DNA from: a virus
Lineage: Duplodnaviria; Caudoviricetes
DNA length: 26,888 nucleotides
Reading direction: 5' to 3' (one strand)
IMG/VR virus record: IMGVR_UViG_3300044213_000131
Location: 1-26,888 of that record
How positions within the stretch are numbered: the stretch's first letter is position 1; each line of letters begins with the position of its first letter. Positions 23,902 to 26,888 of the stretch are shown in pieces. The position numbers and the translations under genes are program-made. The notes under the pieces are model-generated. The model was given only the letters and a program-made list of their open reading frames with translations. It was not told the DNA's origin and made no database searches.

Positions 23902-24369
23902 ATGACGCTCCCAGCATCCGGCGCCATCTCGATGAGCCAGGTCAATACCGAGCTCGGCAAAGCATCCAACGCAAGCATCAGCCTGAATGACAGCGCGGTG
24001 CGAACCCTGGCCGGGATCTCGAGCGGTGCGATCAGTCTGAATGCGCTGCACGGCAAGTCCAACTTCAGCGGCGCAACGGTATCTCCAACCAGCCTTACGA
24101 CCAGCGGCCTGGTGGCTGACGGATCGACCTGGTCGACGTACTCGGCAATTGCCAACACGGTCCCATCCGGACTGAGCGCCACGTACTCGTGGGTCAGGAT
24201 TTCCGGGTCGACCAAGATCACGGCGCTTTCGTCAACGTCGTCGTCAACGCAGTTCCAGATTTTGTCGGGCACGAGAGGAACGACCACAGCGACTTTCTAT
24301 TGCGCTGTTACTTCGGGCGGGAAGACTTACAACACACCCAACGTGTCGGTGTCATTCACCCTGACATAA
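23902..24369 (+). CDS. Ser/Thr-rich putative virion protein
   Basis: MTLPASGAISMSQVNTELG N-terminus with a repeated SGAIS motif; beta-rich C-terminal domain. Confidence 0.75.
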   Translation: MTLPASGAISMSQVNTELGKASNASISLNDSAVRTLAGISSGAISLNALHGKSNFSGATVSPTSLTTSGLVADGSTWSTYSAIANTVPSGLSATYSWVRISGSTKITALSSTSSSTQFQILSGTRGTTTATFYCAVTSGGKTYNTPNVSVSFTLT

Positions 24370-24385
24370 GGAAGCAAGGATTCAA

Positions 24386-26797
24386 GTGAGCGCAGCAGAA
24401 CAAACCGAATACGCGTTGGCAGCCGCCGACGAGATGCGAGATCAACAGCCGGCTCAAGCCCTGGATGCCCTGGGCACTGAGCTGCTGGCCGAGTTCGCCC
24501 GGGCTGAGCTCGACCGCCGCTTGACCGAAGAGCGCTGGCTGCAGGACATCCGCCAGTACCGTGGCCGCTACGACCCCGATGTGCTCGAGGCCATCGGCGC
24601 CAAGCGCTCCAAGGCTTTCGTGCGCAAGACCCGCGTCAAGGTGAAGACCGTCGACAGCCGTGTGGCTGATCTGCTCTTCCCGGCCGGCAGCGAAAAGAAT
24701 TGGGAGATCGACGCCACTCCGGTGCCCAACGTCTCCAAAGAGCAGCGCGCCATGGCCATGGCCGAGCTCAACAACATGGCCCAGGCTCAGCAACAGCAAG
24801 CAGCCCAGGCGCAACAGCAGCAGACTGGACAACCGGTCCAGATGCAACCGGTTCAGATTCCCAAGGAAGCCGTCGACCAGTTCATCATGCAGCTGGTCAA
24901 GGATGCCTCCAAGAAGATGAGCAAGGTCATCGAAGACCAGCTCGTCGAGGCTCGATACAAAGACGTCTGCCTGAAGACCATTCACTCCGGCCACCTGTAC
25001 GGCACCGGCATCATGAAGGGCCCTCTGGTCGAGCGCAAGATCCGCACGACCTTTGTGCAGCAAGGCAACAGCTGGGTCGCCAAGAACGAGGCCTACGTCG
25101 TTCCGTTCGTGGACTATGTGCCGATCTGGCGCTTTTACCCGGACATGAACGCGACTGAGATCGAGCAGTGCAAATACGTGTACGAGCGCCACAGCATGAC
25201 TCGCGCCGACATGGCCGAGCTGGCTCGTCGCAAAAGCTTCAACAGCCAGAAGATCGTCGACTACATCAAGGCTCATCCCGATGGCGAGATCCGCCTGCGC
25301 TACTACGACAACGAGCTGCGCGTCATCGGTGAGCGCACATCGAACCAGGGCAACAAGGCAAACCAGTATGAAGTGCTGGAGCGCTGGGGTTACATCGACG
25401 GCGCAAAGCTGAAGAGCGTTGGCGTCAATGTGCCCGATGACCGTGAGCACGAAACCTTTTTCAGCAACGTCTGGGTGCTGCCCAACGGCGAGGTGATCAA
25501 GGCTGTGCTGCAGCCAATCACCGGGGTCACCTGGCCCTATCACCTGTACTACTTCGACAAGGACGAAACATCGATCTTTGGCGAAGGTGTCGCGGCCATC
25601 ATGCGCGACGACCAGACCATGCTCAACGCCTCGGTGCGGATGATGCTGGACAACGCTGCGATTGCTTCGGGCCCGATGCTCGAGGTCAACCCCGGCTTGC
25701 TGGCCCAGACCGACCGCATGGATGAAATGTATCCATGGAAGATCTGGTTCCGTAACAGCGCTAACCCTGGCTCTCGCGCCGTTGAGTCGATCCAGCTCGA
25801 TAGCCGCCTGGGCGATCTGTCCGGCATGGCCGACCGGTTCGACAACAACATCGACGAGACGACCGCGATCCCGCGCTACATGTCGGGCGAGAACGTCAAC
25901 AACGGCGCTGCCGGCACCGCCTCCGGCATGTCGATGCTGCTGGGTGCTGCCAACGTCGCGATCAAGGATCTGATCAGCGCCTGGGACGAGGGTGTGACCC
26001 GTCCGTTCCTGACATCGCTGTACCGCTGGAACATGCAGTTCCACAAGGACAACACCATCAAGGGTGACTTCGACATCAAGGCTCGTGGCACATCGTCACT
26101 GGTGGCGCGTGAAGTCCGGGCCCAGCAGCTGGACATGTTCAGCCAGGCCGTGGCCAATCCGATGGATGCGCCGTTCGTCAAGCGCGATTCCCTGCTGCGT
26201 CAACGCGCCGAAGCCCACGAGCTGTCGGACATCATCAAGACGCAGGAAGAAGTCGCGGCAGAACAGAATAGCCCGATGAGCCAGATGCAGCAACAGCTCG
26301 CCATGGCTCAGGCTCAACTGTCCATGCAGAAGCTGCAAGGCGAGGCCAACACAGCCATGGCCAATGCTCAGCTCATCAGCGCCCGGGCCCAAGAGACCCT
26401 GGCCAACATCGACAAGATCATTGCCGAGGCCGTCAACAAGCGAGTCGAAGCCGTGTACGCAGCACTGCAAGCCGGTGGTGTGGCCACGTCGAACCCGACG
26501 ATTGCTCCGGCCGGCGACGAGATCCTGCGCTCGAGCGGCTGGCAAGACGCCACTCCGAACCCATCGATCTCCCAGCTCGACACCACTCCGGTGCAGCAGC
26601 AGCCTGGCACGATGGTCAAGATGAACAAGGGCCAGACGTTCGCGCAAGAACCTCGCGGCAACACAGATCCCGAGCAGCCAGGCATTGCCGCACAAGGTGC
26701 ACCTCGGGCCACGGCTCCGTCTGCCGAGCCCAAGCCTGCCACTGGTCAAGTCGGTGAGCGCAGCGGTATCGAGACCCCTGCGGTTGGTGACCACTGA
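24386..26797 (+). CDS. Portal protein (large, podovirus-type)
   Basis: 803 aa downstream of TerL; LYGTGIMKGP, IFGEGV and AGTASGMSML motifs; Q-rich C-terminal coiled coil. Confidence 0.9.
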   Translation: MSAAEQTEYALAAADEMRDQQPAQALDALGTELLAEFARAELDRRLTEERWLQDIRQYRGRYDPDVLEAIGAKRSKAFVRKTRVKVKTVDSRVADLLFPAGSEKNWEIDATPVPNVSKEQRAMAMAELNNMAQAQQQQAAQAQQQQTGQPVQMQPVQIPKEAVDQFIMQLVKDASKKMSKVIEDQLVEARYKDVCLKTIHSGHLYGTGIMKGPLVERKIRTTFVQQGNSWVAKNEAYVVPFVDYVPIWRFYPDMNATEIEQCKYVYERHSMTRADMAELARRKSFNSQKIVDYIKAHPDGEIRLRYYDNELRVIGERTSNQGNKANQYEVLERWGYIDGAKLKSVGVNVPDDREHETFFSNVWVLPNGEVIKAVLQPITGVTWPYHLYYFDKDETSIFGEGVAAIMRDDQTMLNASVRMMLDNAAIASGPMLEVNPGLLAQTDRMDEMYPWKIWFRNSANPGSRAVESIQLDSRLGDLSGMADRFDNNIDETTAIPRYMSGENVNNGAAGTASGMSMLLGAANVAIKDLISAWDEGVTRPFLTSLYRWNMQFHKDNTIKGDFDIKARGTSSLVAREVRAQQLDMFSQAVANPMDAPFVKRDSLLRQRAEAHELSDIIKTQEEVAAEQNSPMSQMQQQLAMAQAQLSMQKLQGEANTAMANAQLISARAQETLANIDKIIAEAVNKRVEAVYAALQAGGVATSNPTIAPAGDEILRSSGWQDATPNPSISQLDTTPVQQQPGTMVKMNKGQTFAQEPRGNTDPEQPGIAAQGAPRATAPSAEPKPATGQVGERSGIETPAVGDH

Positions 26798-26888
26798 TGG
26801 AAGATGAATCCATGCGCACCATGCGCCAGCTGTCAGATGCTGCGCGCGTTGTCAGCGAGTTCCGTGGCACTGACCCGATCAAGGCCGT
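26797..26888 (+). CDS. Hypothetical head-region protein, partial (MEDESMRTMRQLSDAARVV...)
   Basis: ATG overlaps the portal stop (TGATG); open to the window end. Confidence 0.65.
   Translation, partial: MEDESMRTMRQLSDAARVVSEFRGTDPIKA

Larger units (their letters stand above)
1..26888. mobile_element. Tailed bacteriophage/prophage genome segment (early, replication, lysis and head-packaging modules)
   Basis: Terminase small and large subunits, portal, holin-endolysin-spanins, replication initiator, dense small overlapping ORFs; no host housekeeping genes. Confidence 0.97.

Noticed and set aside
24356-26044. 562-aa minus-strand ORF
   Set aside because: Antisense shadow of the portal gene
1-26888. 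Integrase/att site, CRISPR array, diversity-generating retroelement, stop-codon recoding
   Set aside because: No integrase, reverse transcriptase, repeat-spacer array or TR/VR pair seen; genes are intact in the standard code

Overview
A contiguous piece of a tailed-phage or prophage genome, probably podovirus-like and infecting a betaproteobacterium (host inferred from gene content only). No host genes, integrase or att site are visible. Layout: (1) leftward early genes at 1-2577, including a coiled-coil protein, a GNAT acetyltransferase and an NrdR-like Zn-ribbon/HTH protein; (2) a ~520-nt leftward non-coding unit (about 3175 to 2651) with its own promoter and terminator and several structured domains; (3) an XRE repressor; (4) a rightward operon preceded by a c4/CI-like antisense RNA switch, encoding HNH, replication initiator, loader-like protein, SLOG, DUF1367, HU, DUF1064, a Q-like antiterminator, an HslV-like Ntn protease and DUF1364; (5) about 8 kb of small leftward accessory genes; (6) a GIY-YIG gene, then the late operon: holin, SAR lysozyme, Rz/Rz1, small proteins, TerS, TerL and portal. 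The most notable unexplained signals are the RNA-based regulatory layer (large ncRNA, kissing-loop domains, twin promoters), a dispersed MAACR-N3-YGTTK operator network, and a 41-aa late peptide resembling the redox C-terminal tail of ribonucleotide reductase alpha. Family assignments are from motif recognition and RNA structures were paired by eye; none were checked computationally.
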